IMG/VR virus record: IMGVR_UViG_3300043642_000037
Span: 64,001 to 128,000 of that record
Strand: one strand, 5' to 3'
Origin: a virus
Lineage: Duplodnaviria > Caudoviricetes
Length of the DNA stretch: 64,000 nucleotides
Shown here: one piece after another, positions 41,179 to 50,271 of the stretch
Numbering within the stretch: the stretch's first letter is position 1
Layout: each line of letters begins with the position of its first letter
Position numbers and translations under genes: made by a program
Notes under the pieces: model-generated
What the model saw: the letters and a program-made list of their open reading frames with translations, nothing else
What the model was told of the DNA's origin: nothing
Database searches by the model: none

Positions 41179-44100
41179 ATGGCCGCTTCCAAGAAGGTGA
41201 AGCTTCCCGTAGTCGCGGATCACGGTCCCGAGGACGTCGACCCCGAGAACCAGTCGCCGCGCAAGGGCATCGTGTGCCAGGGCTGCGATCTGGAGAACAA
41301 GAGTCGGGTGCCCGGGGCGGGCGCGCACGGCGAGGTCGACGTGATGTTCGTGTCGGAGTCGCCGTCGTCGTGGTCCACGAACAACCACCAGGTGTTCTAC
41401 GGGCGCGGCGGCCGGATCATCCGACAGGCGTGGAAGGAGCTGACCGAGCTGGACAACCGGACCGGCGGCAGCCTCGGGATGCGGCGACTCCGGAAGTGGG
41501 ACACCTACGCGGTACAGTGCCAGGTCGAGGAGGGCAGGGACCAGACCGCGAAGATCAACAAGTCGACGCTCGACAGGTGCTCGCACTACCTGAGAGCGGC
41601 GATCGCGCACAAGAAGCCCAAGATCATCGTGCCCCTTGGCGCAACCGCGATGAGGGCCCTGGGGTACAAGACCGAGAAGTTCGGCGAGGCCCGCGGCCGC
41701 GTGCTTCGCCACGAGATCGACGGCCAGGAGGTCCTGATCCTGCCGACGTTCGGCAGCAAGCAGCTGCTGGTCAAGACCGGCCTGTACCCGCTGTTCTACA
41801 ACGACCTGATCAAGGCCGTGAAGATCGCTTCCGGGGTCGAGGCCGCGGCGGCGCAGATCACGCTCGAGGAGCTGTCGCGGGACTACGTGATGCCGAAGAC
41901 GGTCGCCGAGGTGAAGGACCTCTGCGATCACATCATCGAGTACGTCATTCCCGGCGCGCCCTCCGCGTCGAAGTGCGCGCTGGCGGTCGACACCGAGACC
42001 AACACGCTGAACCCGCACCGGATCGACGCGAAGGTCCTGTGCGTGTCGTTCGCGTGGGACAGCGGGCGGGCCACCGCGATCCCGCTGTGGCATCCGATGG
42101 CCCCCTGGTCACCGGAGGAGCTGACGGAGGTCGTTGGCCACGTTCAGCGGGTTCTCGAGTGCCCCAAGCCGAAGGTGTTCCACAACGGCGGGTTCGACCT
42201 CCGCATGCTGGAGCTTCGCCACGGGCTCCGCGTGGCTAACGTCGCGTGGGACACGCTGCTCGGCGAGCACCTCCTGCGCGAGGACATGAGCGGCGCGTAC
42301 TCGCTCAAGGTCCTCGGACGGAGCTACTTCCCGCAGTTCGCGAACTACGCCGACAAGGTCGGCGAGCTGGCGGCGAAGCTAACCGTCGAGGAGGAGGGTG
42401 TCTCCAAGCTCCTCAAGGACATCCGGAAGCGCAAGATCAAGTCCCCGGGCTTCGACGAGGGGATGTCGATTGAGATGAGCAAGTCCGAGCTGGAGGCGTA
42501 CCTCTACGGGGACAAGAAGCACCGAAAGAAGCAGGCGAACGACAACGGGTACTCACGCGTCCCGCTCGACATCCTGCTGCCGTACGCCGCGGTCGACACC
42601 GACCTGACGCGCAGGCTGCTGCGCAACCAGACTGCCCGCGTCAACGAGGAGGGCTGCAGGGGCGCGCTGTCTCTGATGCGCACGCACTGCATCCCGGGGT
42701 CCCGGGTGCTGGGGAAGATGGAGTTCGACGGGTTCCCGGTCGATCGGAACTACCTCGACCACCTCGAGACCCAGCTCGGTCGAATCGTCGACGAGAAGAT
42801 GTCCGAGCTGCAGCGCCTGTGGACATCGACCACGCGGTTCTACCCGGACAAGAGGAGCGAAGAGTTCAACCCGAACTCGACGCAGCAGGTCGCGTGGCTA
42901 CTGTTCACCGCCGGCGTCATGGACCCGGACAACCCGGTTCCCGACGTCAACGGGGCGCCCAGGCCCGCGACCCGGCAGGGTCCGTGGTGCGAGATCAACA
43001 AGAAGAGTCAGCAGTTCAAAGTCGACAAGAAGACCCTGAAGGCGATCGCCGAGAAGACGAAGTGCCCGTTCGCCAAGACGCTGCTCGAGTACCGGGCCGC
43101 GCACAAGGCGCTCACGGGCTTCATCGTCGAGATCCGCGTGCTCTCCGAGTACGATGGCCGGCTGCACACGTCGTTCCTGCAGCATGGCACGTCGACGGGG
43201 CGGCTCGCGAGCCGCAACCTGAACATGCAGAACCTCCCGGTCAAGTCGATCGCCGGGCTGAACATCAAGAAGCTGTTCATCCCCGACGACCCGGAGGAGG
43301 AGGTGATCTTCAACGTTGACTGGAAGGGCGCCGAGATCCGGGTATTTACGGCGTACGCCCGCGACGAGCAGCTCGAGAAGGCGATCAACGACGGTCTCGA
43401 CGTCCACAGCTGGTTCACGCAGGAAATCTTCGGCATCCCGTACGACGAGGTCGAGCGCGGCAAGGAGGACGTCCACAAGGAGGTCCGGACCACCGTGAAG
43501 CGTGTTGTGTTCGGCATCCTGTACGGTGCGATGGCGAAGAAAATCGCGGAGACGGCCGGCATCTCCGAGGAGCGAGCCCAGGAGGTCATCGACAAACTGT
43601 TCGCCCGGTTCCCCAGCCTCAAGGGGTACATGGACGAGGTCGTCGCGTCGATCCACAAGCACGGATTCGTCGAGACGTTCTTCGGCCGGCGCCGGCGCTT
43701 CCCACTCGTCAGGGTCAACCGTTTCTTCGCCGGGCAGGCCGAGCGCCGCGGCAAGAATATGAAGATCCAGTCGACCAGCTCCGACATCGTGATCGGCCAG
43801 CTGATCGAGATCGCGGAGCACATTCACGAGCTGGGCGGGCGGCTCTGCATCACGGTGCACGACTCGATCGTCGGCACCATCAAGAAGAAGTACCTGCACC
43901 TCGCCGAGGCGTTCTTCCAAAAGTACTGCGTGGACCGCGTCAGCGAGAAGTACCCCTGGCTGCCCGTCGCGTTCGCGTGCGACCTGACCGTGGGCCCGAG
44001 CTACGGAGAGGCCAAGTCGACTATCCAAGAGTACATCGCGAAGAACGCGCCGACCCCGGCCACGCCGGAGCAGGAGTTCTTCGCCGAGATCGACGAGGAG

Positions 44101-44187
44101 GCGCTCATCGAGCTGCGTGAAGACGAGGACGAGGCCAGGGAGCGGGAGCAAATCGAGGAGGCCCTCGGGGCCAAGGCTGCATCATGA
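41179..44187 (+). CDS. polA: family A DNA polymerase with N-terminal UDG-like domain and 3'-5' exonuclease
   Basis: Exo DTET / HNGGFD / YAAVD; pol motifs DWKGAEIR, RTTVKRVVFGILYG, VHDS; N-terminal family-4 UDG-like Cys pattern. Confidence 0.93.
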   Translation: MAASKKVKLPVVADHGPEDVDPENQSPRKGIVCQGCDLENKSRVPGAGAHGEVDVMFVSESPSSWSTNNHQVFYGRGGRIIRQAWKELTELDNRTGGSLGMRRLRKWDTYAVQCQVEEGRDQTAKINKSTLDRCSHYLRAAIAHKKPKIIVPLGATAMRALGYKTEKFGEARGRVLRHEIDGQEVLILPTFGSKQLLVKTGLYPLFYNDLIKAVKIASGVEAAAAQITLEELSRDYVMPKTVAEVKDLCDHIIEYVIPGAPSASKCALAVDTETNTLNPHRIDAKVLCVSFAWDSGRATAIPLWHPMAPWSPEELTEVVGHVQRVLECPKPKVFHNGGFDLRMLELRHGLRVANVAWDTLLGEHLLREDMSGAYSLKVLGRSYFPQFANYADKVGELAAKLTVEEEGVSKLLKDIRKRKIKSPGFDEGMSIEMSKSELEAYLYGDKKHRKKQANDNGYSRVPLDILLPYAAVDTDLTRRLLRNQTARVNEEGCRGALSLMRTHCIPGSRVLGKMEFDGFPVDRNYLDHLETQLGRIVDEKMSELQRLWTSTTRFYPDKRSEEFNPNSTQQVAWLLFTAGVMDPDNPVPDVNGAPRPATRQGPWCEINKKSQQFKVDKKTLKAIAEKTKCPFAKTLLEYRAAHKALTGFIVEIRVLSEYDGRLHTSFLQHGTSTGRLASRNLNMQNLPVKSIAGLNIKKLFIPDDPEEEVIFNVDWKGAEIRVFTAYARDEQLEKAINDGLDVHSWFTQEIFGIPYDEVERGKEDVHKEVRTTVKRVVFGILYGAMAKKIAETAGISEERAQEVIDKLFARFPSLKGYMDEVVASIHKHGFVETFFGRRRRFPLVRVNRFFAGQAERRGKNMKIQSTSSDIVIGQLIEIAEHIHELGGRLCITVHDSIVGTIKKKYLHLAEAFFQKYCVDRVSEKYPWLPVAFACDLTVGPSYGEAKSTIQEYIAKNAPTPATPEQEFFAEIDEEALIELREDEDEAREREQIEEALGAKAAS

Positions 44188-44822
44188 CCGATCAACACGA
44201 CGTTCACGCCCCCACACCGTGGCGGGCACAACGAGTCAAGAGGAACGCAATGAAGAAGCAAGCACAGAAGACGGTGAAGACCAAGGCCAAGCCTGCGGAG
44301 GTTGCGTGGCACGTGCGGGCGCAGGCCCTGCCCCTCGCGCTGTTCCACACCACGATAGGCCCGATCATCGGGCACGTGGAGAAGGCAGTCGAGCCGGGCG
44401 CTGGCTCGTTCAATATCCGGCTGTGGGCGCCGGCGGCAATTCGCATGGGCTACCAGCCCGAGCGGTCTGGGGCGTTCGTCGCCCGGTACTCGGTGACGTT
44501 CCAGCCCATCGCTCTGATCGAGACGTATCTCGACCTCTCGGCCGAGACCCCGTTCGGTCGGTCTCCCGTCCCGCAAGCCCTCGTCCCGGCGTACGAGGAC
44601 TATTTCGCGAAGGTCGCGGCCGGCGAGTACTCGTTGCGATCGACGGCTCACGTCGAGCAGGCCATGCCGCACCGAACACCTGTTGGCGGTGAAACTGATC
44701 AGCCCTCTGACGAAAACCGGGCGGACGTGGCCGCGAGGGGATTGCCTTCGGAAGAATCACCACAAACCGAAGCAGACGCCGATAACTCGGACGTCGCTCC
44801 GGACGAAAGCCCGCTGTCGTAG
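44184..44822 (+). CDS. hypothetical protein (alternative start 44250)
   Basis: ATGA overlap with polA; RBS before 44250. Confidence 0.6.
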   Translation: MTDQHDVHAPTPWRAQRVKRNAMKKQAQKTVKTKAKPAEVAWHVRAQALPLALFHTTIGPIIGHVEKAVEPGAGSFNIRLWAPAAIRMGYQPERSGAFVARYSVTFQPIALIETYLDLSAETPFGRSPVPQALVPAYEDYFAKVAAGEYSLRSTAHVEQAMPHRTPVGGETDQPSDENRADVAARGLPSEESPQTEADADNSDVAPDESPLS

Positions 44823-44872
44823 TCGAACCAGACCTGTTGCTTACAGTATAAGCGATAGTCGAAGGAGCATCC

Positions 44873-45463
44873 ATGTCCATTCGACCATCGCTTCCCCACG
44901 TGAAGGACGCCAACATCCTGTTCCTGGACACCGAGACCGGAGGGTTCTCGGCGTCCAGGACGGACATCATCGAGATCGGCTGCGTGCTGACGGACCCCTC
45001 GGGCCGCGAGGTGATCGAGGAGTGGGAGACGCTCGTCGTCCCCACGCGACCCGTGGAGCCGGACGCCGCGCGGATCAACGGCTACAACGCCGAGAAGTGG
45101 GCCGCCGAGGGCGTGCCGTTGGCGACTGCAATGGTCAAGGTGCTCGGAATGGCCCGCGGCGCGGTGATGTGCTGCCACAACGCGCCGTTCGACAAAGCGT
45201 TTGTTGAAGCAGCGCTAGCAATTTGCCGACAGCGATGGACGGGGCGATACCACACGCTCTGCACGGTCTCGATCGCGCAGCCGTTCCTGCGACGCGGCCT
45301 GGTCAACGACGTCAAGCTCGAGACCTTGGCGCGCTATTTCGGCGTCGAGCACAACGACGCGCACCGGGCGCTCCCGGACGCGAAGACCTGCCGCGCGGTG
45401 TACCTCGCGATGCAGGACATTCTCGAGCCTGCGATCGATGCGTACGCCGCGTCCCGTTCCTGA
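44873..45463 (+). CDS. DEDDh 3'-5' exonuclease (DnaQ-like)
   Basis: 'LDTETGG', 'HNAPFD', 'AHRALPD'. Confidence 0.92.
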   Translation: MSIRPSLPHVKDANILFLDTETGGFSASRTDIIEIGCVLTDPSGREVIEEWETLVVPTRPVEPDAARINGYNAEKWAAEGVPLATAMVKVLGMARGAVMCCHNAPFDKAFVEAALAICRQRWTGRYHTLCTVSIAQPFLRRGLVNDVKLETLARYFGVEHNDAHRALPDAKTCRAVYLAMQDILEPAIDAYAASRS

Positions 45464-45472
45464 AAGGAAAAC

Positions 45473-45661
45473 ATGAACCCGTTCTCGTGGTGGAGGATGC
45501 TGTATTGGCGGTTTCGCTGGTACGTGTTTCCTCGTCGAAGATACGACACGAAGTGCCAGTACTGCACCGTGACGACCGGCCGTACGATGCACGCGTGGGC
45601 GACCGAGGATATCTGCAACACGTGTGCAACGCGGCACATGTATTGTGAACAACCTCAGTAG
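45473..45661 (+). CDS. small Cys-rich protein
   Basis: AAGGA RBS; CQYC...CNTC. Confidence 0.5.
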   Translation: MNPFSWWRMLYWRFRWYVFPRRRYDTKCQYCTVTTGRTMHAWATEDICNTCATRHMYCEQPQ

Positions 45662-47277
45662 AAGACCAGGTCCTTGCACAGCAATCGCCACGCAAACCAG
45701 CCGAAAAGTTGTGCGTGAAGCGAATCATCAGGGACATTGGGCGGGTGCTGCCAGACCTTGTGACCTGCGCGCGTCACGTTCTCGTACACACTGAGGATGT
45801 CGTCGATCGCCGGCTTCATCTGCGCCTTGTTCACGTAGATCGCCTGCTTGAGCATTAGGAAGCGGGCGAAGTTGTCGATCATCGTCGTGCGATCGACGTG
45901 GTAGGCCTGCTTGTCTGGCCGCCAGTCGAGGGGCTTGCTGAGGTGCATGTAGCGAATCTGCATGACTCGATGCTCGCCGAGCTTCTGCCGCAAGATCGAG
46001 TTTGCAAGGGCGCCCTCGCCCTCGTCGCCGGCGATCATCTGGACGCCCCATGCGTTGCACAGCTCGACGATTTCGTCGACCCAGCCCGTCGCGTGAGCGT
46101 TGGGGAAGACCTTATAGAACAACGTCCTGAGCCGACCGTCCTCCGTCTGACCCCAGATGTGGAGGACGGTTCTCGACTTGAACAGGCCTTCGCTACCCTT
46201 CACCTCGCCGCCGCCGCCCGACCAGTCGACGCCCGAGGCCACCCTGACGATTCCATCCTTGGATCGCGGCATCGGAAGGCGCGTCATGGTGCGCCGCTCG
46301 TCACACAGGCCCTCGAGGATCTCCTTGGTCAGGAGCTTCACGCCCGTCGAGGTGCTGACGGCGATGCACTCGTTGAGGAACTTGGTCTCGCCGTACGACT
46401 CCATCTTCCCGAGCATCTCGTCCCAGTGCTTGACCGCCTTGGCATGCATCGGGCTCGACGTTGGCCAGGCCGCCGGCACGTTACGCGGCATCATCGGCTG
46501 GCTGACGTGGAAGCCCTTGATCGTCTTTCCCGAGCAGAGGTCGATCCAGCGTCCGTCCCTCGGGTTGAGGTTCTTGCCGCACGCGAGGCAGATCGGGCCG
46601 TGCTTGCCGAGCGCCTTGACGCCGTCGATGTACGTGAACTTCGCGCAGCCCGTGCACCGCATGCACCACTCGGTCTGCGACGACCACTGCCACAGCAGCT
46701 CGATGGTGTTCTCGCTCGTCTTGGGCGTGCCCGCGTACATCGAGAACGGGCCGAACTTCGAGTTGCCCATCGACTCCTCGATGACGGGGATGACCTCGTC
46801 GTAGAGGATGTCCTGGACCTCGTCGAACGCGGTGCGATCGGCCGAGATGCCGCGCGTCCGATCCGGATCGTCCCAGGCGTAGCTGAACGCCATCTCCGAG
46901 CCGTTTCGCAGCATCCGATGGAGGACGTTGTCGACGGACTCCGGGCTCACGAACGTGCGCTTCAGGTCTGGGCTGTAGGACAGGATCTTGCCGATTCTCG
47001 AGTTCGAGAACTTGCAGGTCTGCTCCTTGCTGGGGCTGATGTAGTAGCACTTGAAGTGCGGGGTGCCGACGCACTCCGCGATCATGAAGCACGCGATGGC
47101 GGTGCTCTTCGCGGTCTGCCTTGCCATCTTGAGCAGGAGCTTCGCGTAGTCGCCGTCATATATCGCCAGGTGCGTCGGGTAGTCCTCGAGGCTGAACGGG
47201 CTGCCCTCGACGTGGAACAGCGCCTGCGCGATGTCCGACCTATACCCGCTGATAACTTCCCCGGCGACCGCGGTCAC
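45655..47277 (-). CDS. terL: terminase large subunit (lambda GpA-like, with Zn finger)
   Basis: Walker A 'RQTAKST', Walker B 'AFDEVQD', 'GTPK', CxxC..CxxC, nuclease 'GVDWSGG' ... 'PDDSLHA'. Confidence 0.88.
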   Translation of the reverse strand: MTAVAGEVISGYRSDIAQALFHVEGSPFSLEDYPTHLAIYDGDYAKLLLKMARQTAKSTAIACFMIAECVGTPHFKCYYISPSKEQTCKFSNSRIGKILSYSPDLKRTFVSPESVDNVLHRMLRNGSEMAFSYAWDDPDRTRGISADRTAFDEVQDILYDEVIPVIEESMGNSKFGPFSMYAGTPKTSENTIELLWQWSSQTEWCMRCTGCAKFTYIDGVKALGKHGPICLACGKNLNPRDGRWIDLCSGKTIKGFHVSQPMMPRNVPAAWPTSSPMHAKAVKHWDEMLGKMESYGETKFLNECIAVSTSTGVKLLTKEILEGLCDERRTMTRLPMPRSKDGIVRVASGVDWSGGGGEVKGSEGLFKSRTVLHIWGQTEDGRLRTLFYKVFPNAHATGWVDEIVELCNAWGVQMIAGDEGEGALANSILRQKLGEHRVMQIRYMHLSKPLDWRPDKQAYHVDRTTMIDNFARFLMLKQAIYVNKAQMKPAIDDILSVYENVTRAGHKVWQHPPNVPDDSLHAQLFGWFAWRLLCKDLVFY

Positions 47278-47289
47278 GCGTCACCGCCG

Positions 47290-47297
47290 ATCGTAGA
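47290..47297 (-). promoter_or_regulatory. -10 element TCTACGAT for terminase
   Basis: Ends 12 nt before GTG 47277; fits the CTAnnnT motif. Confidence 0.4.
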
Positions 47298-47327
47298 ACC
47301 GAAACAACGCACAACAGGAGAGTCTAC

Positions 47328-48596
47328 ATGTCCAAGCCCCAGAGCAGTTACCACATCGAGGAAACCGCGGCCACCCAACTCGGAATCGACACCGTCACGC
47401 CTCGTGTGCTCGAGAGGATGATCGGCGTGATCGGCGATCAGAATCTGGTCCTCACCGTGATGGGCCAGTCCGGCATCGGCAAGACCGCCATCCCCAAGCA
47501 GATCGCCCAGCTGCGCGACGTCCCGTACGCGCAGATCCACATGCCGACGGCGTCGCCCGAGAGCTTCCAGCTGCCGACCCTGCCGAAGGACGGGTCCCCG
47601 TTCTTCGATCAGAAAATCCCCAGGACGTTCCAGGAGCTGCTCGCCTACGTCGAGGAGGAGTCGAAGAAGCACCCGGGCGGCAGGATCCCGGCTAGCCGCA
47701 AGGCAGTGCTGGTCATCGAGGAGCTGAACCGCGCCCCCGACAAGAGCACCACGCGCTCGGCTTTCGTGCTCATCGGGGACCGGATGATCGGCGACGCTCG
47801 GATTCCCGACGGCATCCAGATCATCGCGACGATGAATCCCTCGGGACAGGGGTTCAGCGTCAACGAGTACGAGAAGGACCCGGCGATGCGGCGGCGCACC
47901 ATGATGGTCTACCTCGCGGCCGACTACGCCGACTTCATGGCGTACGCCGAGCGCGTCGAGTTCCACGACGAGGTCATCGGGTACCTGCGGGCCCACGTCA
48001 GCCACTTCTACGACGAGACCGCGGCCCGCGCCGGGAAGGTGTTCGCCTGCCCGGCCACGTGGGAGTCGGTGTCCCGCGTGTGCTTCGCGTTGACGGCAGC
48101 CAAGGAGTCCCTCACCGGCGCGGTGGCGCGGGCGGCGTACGCCGGCATCATCGGCACGGCGACCACGCAGACGTTCTGCGAGTACGTCAAGGACCGGACG
48201 ACCACGGTGGCGCCCGACGACGTCCTGTACCGCTACGGGCAGGTGAGGGCCCGGGTGCAGAAGCTCATCAAGGACGAGCGGCTGGACCGGATCACGGATC
48301 TCGTCGCGGGCCTGGTGGTTCGCGTGGTGAACCTGCCCGAGGACCGACGGGTGCCCAGTGAGTTCATCGACAGCCTGGCGCTGTTCCTCGGCGACATCCC
48401 GGTGGACATCGTGATGTTGTTCATGAACGCCGGCGTCGACAACGCCGAGCGCAGCGGCGGCTCCGCGGAGACCTGGTGGCGCCAGGGCATCAACCTCGCC
48501 CTCGTCAGCAACCCGAACTACGCCAAGATGATTCGGGCGTATAAGCTGGCGAGCACCAAGGCCGACAAGGAGGCCAGGGAGACGGGCGTCAAGTAA
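47328..48596 (+). CDS. MoxR-like AAA+ ATPase
   Basis: 'GQSGIGKT', 'VIEELNRA', 'ATMNP', 'DPAMRRR'; AGGAG RBS. Confidence 0.85.
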   Translation: MSKPQSSYHIEETAATQLGIDTVTPRVLERMIGVIGDQNLVLTVMGQSGIGKTAIPKQIAQLRDVPYAQIHMPTASPESFQLPTLPKDGSPFFDQKIPRTFQELLAYVEEESKKHPGGRIPASRKAVLVIEELNRAPDKSTTRSAFVLIGDRMIGDARIPDGIQIIATMNPSGQGFSVNEYEKDPAMRRRTMMVYLAADYADFMAYAERVEFHDEVIGYLRAHVSHFYDETAARAGKVFACPATWESVSRVCFALTAAKESLTGAVARAAYAGIIGTATTQTFCEYVKDRTTTVAPDDVLYRYGQVRARVQKLIKDERLDRITDLVAGLVVRVVNLPEDRRVPSEFIDSLALFLGDIPVDIVMLFMNAGVDNAERSGGSAETWWRQGINLALVSNPNYAKMIRAYKLASTKADKEARETGVK

Positions 48597-49239
48597 GCCG
48601 GGCAAGCTCGGCCTCCGCCGCGGCCCTGCGCGACCGCACGTGAAGCTCGACGGCGGCCAGGCGCGCGATCTGGACGTCGACCGGGTTCTCCTGGAGCGGC
48701 AGGTCCGCGAGTCGGCCCTTGTCGATCCCGGACCAGCGCTGCCGGACGTCGTCGAGCAGGCCGGACCTCGACCGTCTGGCGTCCAGCGCGTCCTGCGCGA
48801 ACGACAGCTGCTCCGGCGCGAGCACGAACCCAGCGCGATCGAGGACGACGGCGACGTACGCGATCGGCTCGTGCTCGGGTCGCAGCGCCTCGAGGTCGTG
48901 GCGACGGCGAAGCCACGCGGCCTCGACCACGGCCCACGCCAGCGCGGCTGGCGGCGCCTCCTCGAGAATCTCGACGTGCACCGATCGACCGTCGAAGGCG
49001 ACCGCGGTGTTGGCCAGCACCACGGCGTCCCAGTAGAAGGCGGGAACCAGGCGCAGCGAGATCGCGGCCATCAGCCGGTCCCGGGTCTCCGATGGGACAA
49101 CCACGCCCTGGTGCTCCAGCTCGACCCACACGGTCTCGGGCTCCCACGCGATGTGATCGCCGAGCACGATCTCTGCCGCCCGGCACAAGGCGACCGCGGA
49201 GGTGGTTCTGCCCGCGAGCAGGTCCTTGGCAGGCGTCAT
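48589..49239 (-). CDS. hypothetical protein, probably virion
   Basis: ATGA-coupled to the K-x-A-rich gene; 'WEPETVW' motif. Confidence 0.6.
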   Translation of the reverse strand: MTPAKDLLAGRTTSAVALCRAAEIVLGDHIAWEPETVWVELEHQGVVVPSETRDRLMAAISLRLVPAFYWDAVVLANTAVAFDGRSVHVEILEEAPPAALAWAVVEAAWLRRRHDLEALRPEHEPIAYVAVVLDRAGFVLAPEQLSFAQDALDARRSRSGLLDDVRQRWSGIDKGRLADLPLQENPVDVQIARLAAVELHVRSRRAAAEAELARLT

Positions 49240-50234
49240 GCTCCCATGCAGGACACAAGAACGCGCTGCATGTCAACGGGAAGCGTGCCGAGCACGGCGG
49301 CCAGCTTCTCGACATCAATCTGACCGCTGCGGTCGGTGGCCTCTCGAGCGATGTCCGGTCCCAGCGCGTCCTCGTAGAAGCTGGTGGGGTAGGCCGCCAT
49401 GCGCTCCATCGAGATGAACCGCCCGGCGAGCGTCACGCCCGGCCCGGCGACCTTCGTCGTGTTGAACACCGAGGCGTGCGGGTCGGGCAGCCGGCGACCC
49501 CACAGGCGATCAAGGCCGGCAAGCTGATCCAGCTCCTCGATCGCCGAGGCCAACCGGGCCTGGACCCCGCGGTCGCGAAGCTCGTTGGGCAGCCGGCGAA
49601 CCTCCGCGGCGAGCTTGTCGTAGCCCCCGCGGAAGGCGTCGGAGGTCGCCTGGCTGCGCGCCTCCAGCCAGTCGGCGAGAACCGGCGTCGACGTCGCCAC
49701 CAGGCCGGCCATCTTTCGGACCTCGTCGCTGACACGCACGCCGAAGAACGCGGCCTTCTCGACGAGCCGAGCGCCCGCGAGCACCCGGTGTCCCGGGGAC
49801 AGTCGGTCACCCTCCTGCACCAGGCGATCGGCCGCCGTCTTGACGTGGCCGGCCTCGGTCACGCGGAGGCGCTTGATGTCGGGCAGGAGGTAGTCGGAGG
49901 CGTCGTCCGCGCGCGCGGCGGCGGCCACCTTGGCGCGGGCGAAGGTTCCCTCGTCGACGCCGTAGACCTCGAGGGCCTCCTTGATGGTCGCGTCGACGTG
50001 CGCGGGCACGCGGCTGACGACGCCCACGCGGTACGCCTGCGAGAGTGTGGCGTGCTCTCGCGAGTGCACGGGGAAGGCCCGCTTCTCCGGCCACGCAAAG
50101 GCGTCGTCTGGCAGGGTGTCAAGCTCGGAGACGTCGACGTCGAAGCGCATCACGGCCGCGGCCAGCTTCGGTCGCTCGGCAGCTATCTTCGCGAGTGTCC
50201 CCAGGACCGGATCGTGAAATTGGTCGATCACCAT
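49236..50234 (-). CDS. putative head/core protein
   Basis: 11 of 12 Lys are in K-x-A; own promoter, with the -10 8 nt from ATG 50234. Confidence 0.65.
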   Translation of the reverse strand: MVIDQFHDPVLGTLAKIAAERPKLAAAVMRFDVDVSELDTLPDDAFAWPEKRAFPVHSREHATLSQAYRVGVVSRVPAHVDATIKEALEVYGVDEGTFARAKVAAAARADDASDYLLPDIKRLRVTEAGHVKTAADRLVQEGDRLSPGHRVLAGARLVEKAAFFGVRVSDEVRKMAGLVATSTPVLADWLEARSQATSDAFRGGYDKLAAEVRRLPNELRDRGVQARLASAIEELDQLAGLDRLWGRRLPDPHASVFNTTKVAGPGVTLAGRFISMERMAAYPTSFYEDALGPDIAREATDRSGQIDVEKLAAVLGTLPVDMQRVLVSCMGA

Positions 50235-50242
50235 CACCCATA

Positions 50243-50271
50243 AGTATAGGACAGGACACCATGAAATTGAA
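50243..50271 (-). promoter_or_regulatory. promoter TTCAAT-N17-TATACT, probable leaderless transcript
   Basis: 17-nt spacer; CCTATACTT identical to the copy at 21799-21807. Confidence 0.6.

Noticed and set aside
39066-42239. 1057-aa Arg/Gly/Pro-rich ORF overlapping primase and polymerase
   Set aside because: Alternative-frame artefact of GC-rich codons.
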